64,000 nucleotides of DNA from Anolis carolinensis (Eukaryota), in contig NC_085841.1 of assembly GCF_035594765.1 (NCBI RefSeq), positions 331,895,402 to 331,959,401 on the forward strand. Direction: 5' to 3'. Under the pieces are notes generated by a model. That model did not search any database, was not told where the DNA came from, and worked only from the letters and a program-made list of their open reading frames with translations. Below, piece by piece: positions 50,797-63,729 of the stretch. Position 1 is the stretch's first letter, and each line of letters opens with the position of its first letter. Both the position numbers and the translations under genes were made by a program.

Positions 50797-52177
50797 TGCC
50801 AACAGTGTGATGCAGCAGCTAAAAAGACCAATGGGATTTTGGTCTGCATTAGGAGTATAGTGTCTAGATCGAGGGAAGTCATGGTACCCTTCTATTCTGC
50901 TTTGGTCAGGCCTCAACTGGAATACTGTGTCCAATTCTGGGCACCATAGTTTAAAAGAGATACTGACAGCTGGAAGGTGTTCAGAGAAGGGCAACTAAAA
51001 TGATCAAAGGTATGGGACCATGTCCTATGAGGGATGTCTTAAAGAGCTGAGTATGTTTAGTTTGAAGAAGAGAAGGCTGAGTGGAGACATGATAGCCATG
51101 TATAAATATGTGAAAGGATAAGGAGGAGGGAGAAAGCTTGTTTTCTGCTTCCCTGAAAACTAGGACTCAGAGCAATGGGTTGAAATTACAGGAAAGGAGA
51201 TTCAACCTGAACAGTAGGAAGAACTTCATGACTGTAAGACCTGTACAGCAGTGGAACTCTCTGGCTCAGAGTGTGGTAGAAGCTCCTTCCTTCGAGGCTT
51301 TTGAACAGAGGCTGGATGGCCATCTGCCAGGGGTAATTTGAATGTACTTTTCCTGCATTGCAGGGGGTTGGACTAGATGCCCCATGTGGTCTCTTCTAAC
51401 TCTATGATTCTATTTCTTTATTATTTATTTATTTAAAACATTTATATTCTGACCTTCTCACCCCGAAGGGGACTCATTAATGAACAGTAGTTTTGTCTCT
51501 GGAATTCTAAACTAAGGCAATCAATTACTGTACAATAATATAAACATTAATTTTGTTTTAAACCATTTAAACTGTTTTAGTGAGCCATGGATGATGTGGT
51601 GATTTGAATGCTGGACAATGACTGTAAACCATGTTTTGAATTCAGCCAGGAAAGTAATACTCTCTCAGTCTCAGAGGCAGGAAAGGCTTAAAAATGAAAA
51701 AAAAAGAAATAAATAGGATACACTCTGAGTAATATAACATTAAGATTTATGCAATGTTGCAAAGACTGCTTAACTATTCCGCTGGCCAGTTATACCAAAA
51801 ATAGGCAAAGGAGATGAAGTGAAACTAGCATAGTACAACCTATCTCTCCAGTAAAATAAGGACTGTGCATTCCTGTCATTATCTTTGTACTTCTGGAATT
51901 TGAGAATCTATACTAGCTAATTTTGATCTGGATATATATGCTGCGAGAAGAAATATTAGTTGCCCTTATTCAAAAATACAAACAAGAGAGATGCCTTCCC
52001 AAACAGCCACCACCAAAAGAAAAAAATACCTCTTCTTGACTATATAATTTAAAGCAAGGAATGACTGCTAAAAGGTAATAGTATACCTATCTGTGGTTTG
52101 TTTTTTAACTATATCTCTCCCAGTATTTTTTAACAGTAATATACTTCAATTCTTAAAAAATAGCAAGCTTCTTCCTA

Positions 52178-52435
<258 letters not shown>

Positions 52436-54407
52436 TTAATATGAATTTTAGAATCTTCCAATAACACCCAAATCTCCCTGAAAAGCTATATCTAATTATT
52501 TTCCAAATAGTTATACAACCAAGTTATACAATACAGAAGACTGGAAAATAATACAAATTCACACATGGAATAATACAGAGTGCCTCAAGACTTACGCATT
52601 TGAAAGGATAGGAAGCGTTCAAACTTCTAGGAATAAGAGCAAAGTAACAATAATTGGCCTGAAAGGTAAGGGAACTACTTTGCAGAAGATGAACTTCCTA
52701 CATCAGTGGTAGACAAAGTAAAACCCATCAATCATTTTTTAAAGTTGCTCAATGTCCCTCAAATCTATCTACATTTTTTTGGAATATATTTCCACTATGT
52801 CTTGAGCCTCCCAGGGATCAAACCATTAAGTGTTTTTGGAAACTCGTTTTTTTTAATTGTTTACAAAATGTCCTGTCAGGACTGTGGGGTCTAATTCCAC
52901 TACATCTGGGCCCACTCTGGGTCATTTCGGGTCCAACAGATTGAACAGGAAGCAATTAGAAAATTATTTCTCTTCATGTCCTATTGTGACAAAAGGTCTC
53001 TCTTAAACCTGTAATGGTCTCAAAACATGGTGAAAATTCCCTCTTTGTACTTAGAGGGAAGTGAAAAAGTAGATTTTTTGGCAGGAACAGATGTAGCAGC
53101 AGTATAGCCCTTCAAGCTCTCCTGAGCAGATAATGCAGTCCCCTACACTTCCACAGCCATCCATTCCATTTTACACAATGTGTGACAAGTCTTTCTGCAA
53201 AATGTTTATTCAGGGGTGAATACCAGTATGTCTAGTATTCATAACATATTAGCTCCTACATTCTACTATGTTATTACATTCTCTTTATTCACTCTAACTG
53301 TATAATCTTTTATGCCCAGGCTTCCCAAAATATTCACCTGTGTCATGGCACGGATATTTTTTCTTAAGGTGAAGAAGTTAAAGTACTAAATATATGTCTA
53401 AAAGAGCTGTGGTACAAGCAATCCATATTGCTCTTCTGGAAAGAAATGAGATTAGACAGATATCCACTAATATCAATGCTTATCTTTCATTCCAATGTTT
53501 TCTACACAACAAACACCCTCAGGTTTACTAAGAAATTTTAAAAACATGTGTGAATGTCTCAGCCTCCTAGCTTGGAGACAATGAAGGTGACCATCATACA
53601 TCAGTGAGGCACTAAAGTGGGCATTGATTCTGCGACTCAAGAAAAGGGAAAAGGGAAAACAAAAGTTCAGCAGGAAAAGAAAGCACTTTATACCGAAGCG
53701 TGGATATGTGAACTACAATGCCACTCCTAAACTAGCCTGTGTGCACACAAACATTTTTTCTTCCCATCAGCCTTGTTTGCTTAGAGCAGGCTAGAGGCAT
53801 TTCACAGATTAACTTGCTACTAAAAATGGTGGAAGAATATATAACCACACTTGTTTAAGGTTTTTTTAAAATAACAGAGCTGTGAAAGTGTAGGTTTTTA
53901 AATGCTGGAACACTGTGCTGATTCACTGTTTAAATTGTTTGTAAGCTGTTCTAACAAGTGAACAGAAAGTGGGGCAAAAGTAAATATTACTAATGAAACA
54001 GAAGAGGATTACTTTAGCCTCTTCCTTCCAGCACAACATCCCCTTCAGTCAGATTTAATGAGTGTTTATTACAAAGGCAATCTGACTTGACAGTGTGACT
54101 ACAGAAGATATAGACAAAGCAATACATGGAGGTCAGATATTAATCACACTGTCAAGTCTCTCCATCCCTGGTGTATATGATAAAAATTAAGATGTGAGAT
54201 ATTCTAGCAGTGTGATTTATATTTTTGGTTTACATTTATTAGCACTGGTTAACCTTGGGGCCTAAGGTATGATTAAAGTAATTAGAACAGTTACGGGCAA
54301 CTGGTAAGAGTCCTATGTATTTGATTTAAATTATAGTTTGCCTCAAAATGGACACTAACAACAGCCAAAGAGATTGATCGGGACTGGTAGTGGAGAAATA
54401 CTTGTAC

Positions 54408-54513
54408 CTGTATATGCCTTCAACAATTATGAGAATTTTCTTCCAGGGTCTGTGTGTGCGAGGTTGCCCATACACAATGGCATCTTTGAGTAATTTTTCC
54501 AAGCTCTGCATAT
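54408..54513 (-). CDS. SPTLC2: SPTLC2 exon 7 ([34 protein letters not shown])
   Basis: Acceptor tatacag, donor gtacaa; 106 nt. Confidence 0.96.
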
Positions 54514-54758
54514 CTGTATATGAAAGAAAACAATTCCAAAGGACATTGAAATGTTGAGTAAAAACAGAACCATCAACATATTACTACATGCAAGTTTACT
54601 TTGAGTAATTACTCAGGAAGCAATATTTTCTCATCTGGAGATAGAATGTTGGATTTCTCTGATTTGAGAACCCCTGAAAGCAAAATTGCATCTTGACATG
54701 AAATCTGTAGTTTATATGCTTTTGAATATGGCCAGATGCTTGGCCATTTGTCTAAGGA

Positions 54759-54977
54759 TGCAACTACACTGTAGATTTAATGCAATTTGACCCTATTTTA
54801 ACTGACATAGCTCAATGCTATGATATCATAGCATTGAGCTAAAGATGTCGCTTTAAACGATATTTAGTCTCATCTGCCAAAGACTGCTAGTGGTCCAATA
54901 AATTACAATTCCCAGGATCCCACAGCCTTGAGAATTAAAGTGCAGTCAAACTGCATTAATTCTACAGTGTAGATGTG
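54759..54977. mobile_element. Palindromic MITE (PIF/Harbinger-like)
   Basis: Inverted arms CTACACTGTAGATTTAATGCAATTTGAC / GTCAAACTGCATTAATTCTACAGTGTAG. Confidence 0.75.
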
Positions 54978-55990
54978 CCATTAGTTTTGACAAACAGACA
55001 GCATATAAGTAAATAAGGAAATAAACAAGTAAATAAATAGGACGAGTGAGAGAAATAACTTGGTCACTCCTCACAACATTGCTCACCCCTAATTATGAAT
55101 TGATCTATGTGTAGTCATTGGCAATTTCTTGTTTTAACATCCCCGAGTTTCCCCTTTTATATGATCTCTGATCACGATATATTACTGAGCAATTCTTTAT
55201 CCCTTACTATCTAGAGTACCCCACAATGATCTATGGATATGCCATCTGCCCATCCAACCCTTACCTGTCAAATCCAGATGATTGGTGAAACTCAATATGC
55301 TAAGGGGAAAAAAACTTTATTTATAGAGCAAGCATTCCTAAATGTCCTGGTTGCAGGAAGAACGTCTGAAAGAATGTAGGTTGCTTTCAATGTCTCTTCA
55401 AATACATGTTGGATGACGGATGATAGTTCACAAACCTCAATATTATAGAGGACGCCGACAATTTCTAACCAGTTATTAGAGTCCTCTATAATATTGCTCT
55501 TTATCACTTTCACCACTGGCAGAATGACTTTCACATTTACGAAAATGCTACCTAGAATAGAATAGCACTAGAGATGTGAATACTACCGGGGGGATGGGGG
55601 CACTTTGGAAAATATTCCAGGGTGCCACAAGGACGCAGGTAATTTTTGTTTGATCCTTGTGCTCAGAGCTGCAACACACTTCATCTCAAAGGCTATAAAA
55701 ATGTTTAACCAATGCAGGAGTTGATCCCACCCCAAATTAATGTATTACTTCCCATTAATCAGAATGTAGCTTCCCCGATACATGGCCCCATTATTTCCAT
55801 TATACTATTTAAAAATGTAGACCAAGATAGAGTCTTACCAAAATTCCTTAGAAGTATTTCAAAGAAAACATCATTAATACTGTATCTACTGATGGAGTAT
55901 ATCTCATCTTAAGAGTCAACCGTATTATTGCATGCTTCTCTCTACTCAGCTACTTCATGGCAATAAATAAACCTGCTGGGAAATACTCAC

Positions 55991-56084
55991 TGTTGTGTTT
56001 GAAGATTCGAATTGTTGCTCCTGAAAGTCTTGCTCCCAGTACAAGAGATGCATGATTCAGCTCATCACTCAATATGAGACAACC
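55991..56084 (-). CDS. SPTLC2: SPTLC2 exon 6 ([31 protein letters not shown])
   Basis: Acceptor gttcag, donor gtgagt; SDELNHAS motif with the PLP-stacking His; 94 nt. Confidence 0.97.
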
Positions 56085-56249
56085 CTGAACAAGAAAGCAA
56101 TAGCTAAGGATTGAGCCAGAGAGAAAGCCATAAGTAACCACAAACTCCTATTAAGATGACTATTGGGTGAAAAAATTGAACACTTCCTGTAGACTACCTC
56201 TTGCTTCTCCAACCATATAGTTGTTGCCCAGGTAATAATAATACTAATA

Positions 56250-58095
56250 AAACTTTATTTATAACCCACTCTAACTCCCTCAGGGTGGTTTCCAAACAAA
56301 AAGTGTCAAACATTCAATGCCACAATAAAAAACAGACAAACAGATAGACCACATCAATACAATAAGTAAAACAACATCATTATAAACTTATAATAATTAG
56401 TCAAAAAATAAGTGCTTAAATAAACATAATGAATCTCATCAAACACATTTACAACTTAATGAAATCTAAACAACTAAAATGCATTAAAAGTATAGAATGG
56501 TTTACAGCAGCCAACCAAGCCAGGGTGGGTTTCCAGTATCAAAGCGAGGTTGTATATTAAGATGTTCTAGTCGTTCTCTCCATTGGCTAAAGCACATAAA
56601 TAGGTTTTCAAAAGTTTTTTAAAGGAGAGAAGGGGCCATTTTTATTTCTTTAGGGAGTTCCAGAAGAGGGGAGTGATCACAGTGAAGGCCCCCTCTCTCG
56701 TTCCCACCAACAGCGTTTGAGACGTAGGTGGGGCCGAGAGCAGGGCCCTCTCTGCAGACCGCAATGACCATGTTGGTTTACATACAGAGATGTGGTTTTC
56801 AGACAGTCTGGGCCCAAACCATTTAGGGCTTTATAGGTAATAGCCAGCACTTTGTATTTAGCCCGGAAGCAGACCGGCAGCCAATGAAGCTGTAGTAGCA
56901 TGGGAGTAGTTCTCTCCCTGTATGGCACTCCAGTTAGTAACCTGACTGCTGATCTCTGAACCAGTTGCAGCTTCTGAACTATCTTCAAAGGCAGCCCCAT
57001 GGAGAGAAACTTGCAGTAATCCAGATGGGATGTAACTAAGGTGTGGACTACTATGGCCAGATCTGGCGTCTCAAGGTATGGGCACAGCTGGCACACAAAT
57101 TTTAGTGATGTGAAAGTGCTCCTGGCCACCTCTGACACCTGGGGGTTCCAGGATCAGCGACGACTTCAGGAGTGTGATGTCATCCAACACAAGTTGCGAC
57201 CCCATGCCCTGATCTGCCTTCCCACTGACCAGGAGTGATTCTGTCTTGTCTGGATTTAACTTCAACTTATTAGCCCTCATCCAGTCCATTACTGATGACA
57301 GGCAAGGGTTTAGGACAGTATCCTTGGCTTTGGGTGAAAAGGAGTAATAGAGTTGGGTGTCATTGGCATAAATTTGACACCAAATTCCAAAACTTCAGAT
57401 GATCTTTCACACCAGTTCCCTGTAGATATTAAACAGCATGGGGGATAGGGTGGAGCCCTGAGGGACCCCACAAGCCACAGGCCAGGGGATCAAACATGAG
57501 TCCTCCAGCACCACCATCTGAGTCCACCCCTCCATGAAGGATTGGAGCCACTGTAAGACAGCGCCTCTCAATCCCATCCCAGAGAGGTGACCCAGAAGGA
57601 TACCATGGTTGATGGTATCGAACACTGCTGAGAGGCCCAGGAGAACCAACAGGGACACACTCCCCCTGTCTAACTCTCTTCGTAGATCATTCACCAAGGC
57701 GACCAATGCAATTTCTGTTCCAAAGCAGGCCTGAAACCAGATTGAAATGGATCCAGATAATCAATTTCCTCCAAGCAACTTTAGAGTTGTGAGGCCACCA
57801 ACTTCTCTAGAACCTTGCCCAGGAAGGGGATATTTGATACTGGCTGATAATTGTTCAGCTGAGTGGGATCCAGTGCCTGTTTCTTTAATAGAGGTTTTAC
57901 TATTGCCTCCCTGAAACATAATGGCATTATATCTTGGGTCAGGGAGGCATTCATCAGCACCTTCAACCACTCTGCCAGTCCCCCCTGTCCAATTTAATTA
58001 GACAGGATGGGCAAGGGTGCAGAGAACAGGTGGTCGCCTTCATTCCTTCCAAGATCTTGTCCATGTGCTCGGGCAAAATAAGTTGAAAAAAATCC
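56250..58095 (-). mobile_element. Degenerate L2-clade LINE (RT and 3' tail)
   Basis: Minus peptides NYQPVSNIPFLGKVLEK, LLGLSAVFDTINH, GVPQGSTLSPMLFN, WMRANKLKLNPDKTE and LHWLPV; frameshifted. Confidence 0.9.
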
Positions 58096-58405
58096 GTAGA
58101 ACAATAAGCAGATGCCTCAGTTACAACATAGTTAAAATACACAGATAAAATATAAGACCATAAAAAATACAAAGGCATAGAACAAAGATTAAAACACCAA
58201 TATAAATAAAATGCAAATTAAAAATTCATAATTTAAAATTAACTGAATAGGCCTGCTAGAAGAGATACGGTAAATCTTTAATTTTGTTTTAAATTCTGAC
58301 AGCTCTATGGCTCCAGCTTACATATGAAAATGGCAATTTTTAAATTGCCAACAGAAGTGCACCTATGGAACCAAATCTAAATATTTCAATTAATTGTTGG
58401 ATATA

Positions 58406-59376
58406 CAGTAGAGTTCTGGTTATCCGACTTCCGCTTATCTGACACGCCATATTATCCGATGTGCCGCCGGGGGCTTGGCAAGGAGGGGACTTTTGTACAC
58501 CATGTATGGAGGAGCATGGAGGATTCGCTCCAAGGGGTGCAGAAGGGAAGGCCAAACTCGAGAGGCGCCCTTTGAGCAACTTTTGAAACTGAGGCTGCGG
58601 AAAGGTGCCTCGAGAGAGGCAGGCTCCGAAGGAAGTTTTAATGGAAGTTTTATTCTCCCTGCGCCTCGCTTGCTTACCTTTGAGGAGCTCAGATGCTCCC
58701 ACCAGCTGCTCCAAGGCGGCAGACAGCGAGGCAGGCTCCATGCAGAAGAAAGTGTGGAGCTGTGAGGAGGCACATGAGGAAGCTGCCGCCACACTCATGG
58801 CTGCCTCTGCGTCTGCCTCCCCCTCCTCCTCCTTCTCATCTTCTGGGGCAGCCCAAGAGAAAAGTCCTTCTCCCTCTCCTGAGCTCCCTTCGACTCAGCA
58901 GCGCTCCTTTCCTTGGGCTGTCCCAGGAAGTTGTGAAGGAGGCAGCGGCGGAGGAGGCAGACGCAGTGGCAGCCATGAGCGCAGCGGCAGTGGCAGTGGT
59001 GGCTTCCTCCCGTGCCTCCTCGCAGCTCCGCGCTCTCTTCTGAATGGAGCCCGCCCTGCCGTATGCAGCCTCGGAGCAGCTGGTGGGAGCCTCCAAGCTC
59101 CTCAAAGGTGAGCAAGCGAGGCGCAGGGAGAATATAACTTCCATTAAAATTTTCTTCGGAGCCTGCCTCCCTTTCAAAAGTTGCTCAAAGGGCGCCTCTC
59201 GAGTTTGGCCTCCCCCCCCCCCCCCCGGAGGGGCTCCTCCATGCATGGTGTGCAAAAGTCCCTTCCCTCCTTGCCAAGCCCCCAGCTTGGAGCCTTAGGG
59301 CCTCCCTATTATCCAACAGTTTTGGTTATCCAACATTGGGCCCGCCTCTTTATGTCGGATAACTGGAACACTACTG
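58406..59376. mobile_element. Tc1/mariner/pogo-type non-autonomous element with long GC-rich internal inverted repeats
   Basis: TIRs CAGTAGAGTTCTGGTTATCCGAC / GTCGGATAACTGGAACACTACTG with TA flanks; TIRs related to those of 1221-1542. Confidence 0.88.
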
Positions 59377-60324
59377 TATATTTGAGTTCTTATCTGAGCA
59401 AGCAATCACTTAGGTAAGACTGAGTAGATCTTTACACCTATGGGTGCTAAGCAGCATACTAACAAAGGAGTGGGGGAATGTTTGCCAGCGCTGGCAATTT
59501 GTGATAGGAGAAAGAGAAACAAGATACAATGCACTCATATGAGACATTTCGTCACAAAGCTTTGTAGATGGACATTTCTTTTGATATGTGCAAATAATGA
59601 ACAGTTTAAAACCATTCAAAAATGAACTTAAATAGCAATTACCTTTATTTGTCCAAATATAAATATGTGTGTGAGACAAAATAAGAATGTAGTAAGAAGT
59701 AAGGAATCAGCCTTGACCATTCATGTATAAACTCACAAATAACAACTAGCGCAATGTCTTTTGACTATATATATATATTTATATATATGCAAGTGTTTAC
59801 AGCATTCTGTAGTCTATTCATCTGGATGCTTTACAACTTGTTCTGCAACCATACCCTGTTCACCTACTTCAAGGACTACAGTAATTGGTAATTGTTTTGA
59901 ATAAATATAATGGAAGAGGAAAAAATAATTGTAATGAATCTTAAAACAAGAAAACAATGACTATAAAATCCTCTCCACACATTTTTTCAATGGTAGAATT
60001 CTTACCTGATCAATATACATAATACAATTTTGGACTGAAATGAAGGGGAATCAAACTCATCAGCTCCTCAAGCTACATTGATATTTACTCGTCACACTGA
60101 GAGGATAAGAAAGCAGACCCTATGTGCACATTCACCTTATGACATCTGGATTTTTTTCTTGTTTATTCTTTTTAAGGGACAATGTTTTCTTAGCAGAGAT
60201 AGATTTATCCTGGAATTATGGCTTCTGTTCCTTCAACCAAATGCCCATTAAATAAATACAACAGTACCAAGGGAAGCTTGTGAGAGCAGGACTAAGTCGG
60301 TTCTCTCTCTAAAACCATCCATAC

Positions 60325-60449
60325 CTTGCCAACTAAAGCAGGAATGTTCATGGAATTGGTTGCGAATCCCATTCCATAGGCCAAAGCAGACTCCACACCA
60401 AGGTATCTGGCCAGTAAAGTTTCCAGCTCCTCATGTTTGTCCACATTTC
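60325..60449 (-). CDS. SPTLC2: SPTLC2 exon 5 ([41 protein letters not shown])
   Basis: Acceptor ttaacag, donor gtatgg; GMGFATNS motif; 125 nt. Confidence 0.96.
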
Positions 60450-60628
60450 CTGTTAAATAAGAAAGGAATTAGTGCAAGAAGGTTAAAAAACCCTATTATG
60501 CTTGTAAGAGGTTGTTTTGATGCTATGTAGTAGCTCAAACACTGAAGATAGTGCAGCTGTCATATAAAGTTTTGCAACATTTGGGCCATTTCAATATACC
60601 TAATGCCCAGTTAGTCATCTGGACTTAC

Positions 60629-60777
60629 CCATTTCTTGTCTTGTGCTGCACATGCCACATCCATATTGTGACAGAACCTTGGTCACTGGAATCTTAGAAG
60701 GTCCAGCATTCTCTGCAAATCCAAGATAGTTGTAGGATCCCATATTAATTATGTCTTTTATCACTTTTCCTGTGTAC
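60629..60777 (-). CDS. SPTLC2: SPTLC2 exon 4 ([50 protein letters not shown])
   Basis: Acceptor aaaacag, donor gtaagt; [10 protein letters not shown] motif of alpha-oxoamine synthases; 149 nt; not in the ORF track. Confidence 0.95.
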
Positions 60778-60998
60778 CTGTTTTTTATATATAAAAAAAG
60801 TATTTTAGAATATGGAAAGATTCAAAAACGCAAACTAGGTTACTAATATCTGAGAAAGAGAAATGAAAAGGCTTGAGGGAAAACAAAATGTTGGTGGAGA
60901 AAAATATCTCCCTTTCTTTATTTTTCCAGAAAAATTGAAGGGAAAAAGTATAGCATATTTTTTCTGAATAATGAATAAAAATGTTTAAGATCATTTAC

Positions 60999-61110
60999 AA
61001 TCATAGAGTTGGAAGAGACCACAAGGGCTATCCAGTCCAACACCCTGCCATACACAATCAGACAACTCTCGACAAAAGGACATCCAGCCTCTATTTAAAA
61101 GCATCCAAGG
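60999..61110 (-). mobile_element. CR1 3' UTR fragment
   Basis: AATCATAGAGTTGGAAGAGACC...ATCCAGTCCAAC motif as in the other CR1 tails. Confidence 0.75.
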
Positions 61111-63184
61111 AATTTTCAGAAATTTTCTCAATTCACAAAATTTCTAGAAATGATGTCCAAATTAGACTTCTATATAAGACTATGCATAGCATGCTTCGTA
61201 CACAAATACTGACCCATCAGCTGCCAATCTACTGCATGTTTCCAGGAAGCATACAGTTGTTGCCAATGGGGACAACTATGTTACAAGTCACCAGCACAAT
61301 TTTTAAAAGCCAGTTCTCTTAAATCAGAAGCATGGGTGCAAAACATCACAATACCTGGTCCAGTTTCTTTTCTCTGTTCATTTTATGGACATGAGTATTT
61401 TATGTTTACTTCAACTAGAGAAGACAACATAGTTTACTAATTCTGATTGTGCCTGTCCTTACATTTGACTGATTCTCATAAACTGGAAAAATCAAACAAG
61501 GTCCTTACAGAACAGATGTTATATACAGATCAGGACTTTCTAGCTCTATTTGGAAGAAAAAAAAATAAGAACTTAAACTTATAATTGTACTTTCAATATA
61601 TCAAACATGACATTTTAATGCCAACTCAAATTATCAAGTACACATTTTATGTTCTTAAAAGTTAACAAAGCAATTTTAATCTGTAAGGAGTGCTCTTGTA
61701 ATGTTGCTTCAATTTTTCTGAAAACTTCTGTTTTTTCTTCCAAACAATAAAAACTTTTCCTCAATGGCTTTAGCATTTCTTCACATTTATAAAGGGGTGG
61801 TAAGCCCGAAATGAAAACTACGGTATGTGTATCTAACATAGTTTTCAGTTTGCTAGAAACTAAACAAAGTCATACATGATATTCTGCAAACTACTTTAAA
61901 ATCCCAAGAGCTTCAAAGCCATTTTGTGACATAGTTTAGAGGTAAAACTATCACGAACAATATTTAAGCATTCCAGTACAGCACATTAGTCTTTTAAAGA
62001 TTTGACATATTAAAGCAACAAAATATAGGTTTGCATAAGTACTGCTCGCTATTTCACAGTTTGGTTAACTCAGCAAGACTTCTTTCATTGTGCTTGAAGA
62101 TTATAACTAATGGGGTTTTTTTTTTGCATCTTTCAACATAATTAGCTTTATTCAGAAAAATATGTAAAATCCTTCATATTGTAGATTAGCAGATGTTCTT
62201 TGAAAGCTTTAAAAAAATTAAAATACAGTACTGAAAGCATCTAAAATAAAATCTTGCTATTTCTTTCTGGTAATGTTAAAAGGCTTTTCCCATCAAAACA
62301 ACTATATGTATCAAATATTTGTCATTTCCTCAAGCATTTCCTCAAGGCACACAAAGGAAGTGCATCTGGTAGTCAGTAAAGTGCTGCAATTAGCTGATCT
62401 AAACCCAGTCTCTTTTAAGAGTATGTTAACCAAACTCTTGAAAAAACTTGACAAGGACAATGGCTGGTAGGTATGTTCAATTAACTGCATCCCACAGCAA
62501 AACCATCTAGATATATTTTCAGAAACTCCCAGACACCGGGAAGATGTATTCCTCTACTACAGATAAACAACTGAAATAGTCAACAGGCCCTTCAGATATT
62601 AAATTATCTCTATTGCACCTGACTGCTAGTGCATAAGCCTTGCTCAAGAAAGGTAACAGAAGTCTACACTTGGAGATACTCTGTGACTACTTTCTATGGT
62701 AAAAGTATTTCTGGCAGAATGTTTTGTACGATTTCACTGATGACAAAGCCACACTGCATATAAAGCAGAACTGAATTTCTAGCATGCTCTAGACAGGGGA
62801 ATGAATGGACTTGTTAACAGAAAGGCAGACCTGCATTGCTGTCTGCTTCTCCAGAACCTTCTATCTGCCTGCTCCCTACATTAGAGGACTGAAACACATC
62901 TATCAAAGCAAAGGAGGATGCACAAGTAACATAATTTGAACAAGACATCACTTCTGTTAAATGTGACAACCATTACTAACCTAGATGTCTGTTCTACAAA
63001 TACTGTCCATAGTTCAACCTTTTCAGCTATTCTGCATAGTCAAAGAACAGCTGAACTGAGATTTTTAGCATGGGCAATCTAGAAAGGAAATTACTTTGCA
63101 TTGAGTCCAGTAAGTGTTTGGAATCCTACAGAAGGGAAAAAAAGGTTTCCAACTTCTTTAACATAGCTTCATGTTGTTCTAAGA

Positions 63185-63463
63185 CAAGGGTCCCCAAAAT
63201 AAGACCCATGGGCTGGATGCGGCCCTCCAAGGGCATTTACCCAGCCCCCGCCCTAAACTTTATAGATCGCTCCAAGCCTAAAATGATTTGAAGGCACACC
63301 ACAAAAACAATCCTAATTAACCTGACTATCTCATCAGCCAAAAGCAGGCCTACACCTTTGTTTATCAAGTTTATGTTGATTAAAAATGTTCTTCATATAG
63401 CCCCCCCCAAATGTCTGAGAGACTCTGAATTGGCCCTCAGCTTAAAAAATTTGAGGACCCCTG
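63185..63463. mobile_element. Non-autonomous hAT MITE
   Basis: TIRs CAAGGGTCCCCAAA / TTTGAGGACCCCTG; perfect 8-bp TSD TTCTAAGA at 63177-63184 and 63464-63471. Confidence 0.9.
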
Positions 63464-63574
63464 TTCTAAGACAACAGCTGCATATCTATGCTACAAAAAA
63501 CACTAAAATTCCAATCCCCAGTATTGTCCCCTAAGGATTAGCCATTTTGAACCTTTCAAAAGCCTGGTACTTAC

Positions 63575-63729
63575 GTGAATGTCCAATTGTAGTCATGAGA
63601 AACCCTTTCTAGCAAGTCTACTTTGCCTCCTGGTACACTGCAGATTGGTCTGTTCCAGCTATCCCTAATCCGCATGTAGAGATTCCTTGTATAGAAGTTC
63701 TCAAAATCCTGGTATAAAGGGACAAAGTC
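63575..63729 (-). CDS. SPTLC2: SPTLC2 exon 3 ([51 protein letters not shown])
   Basis: Acceptor ttttcag, donor gtaagt; peptide matches SPTLC2; 155 nt. Confidence 0.96.

Larger units (their letters stand above)
47370..51413 (+). mobile_element. Near full-length degenerate CR1 (ORF1 remnant, APE endonuclease, RT, 3' UTR) with nested inserts
   Basis: ORF1-like remnant at about 47385-47510; APE motifs IIGITETWW, YYRSPSQ and GGSDH; RT motifs DFSKTFNKVPH and KFAGDTKLGG; many stops and frameshifts; ATTCTAT tail. Confidence 0.9.

Noticed and set aside
58340-59417. Cluster of overlapping GC-rich ORFs or a CpG-island promoter
   Set aside because: They lie within a TIR/TA-bounded fold-back transposon, and the mirrored ORFs reflect the inverted repeat.
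60778-63574. A duplicated, mutually exclusive exon 4
   Set aside because: I found no second NMGSYNYLG-like coding segment in intron 3 by eye.
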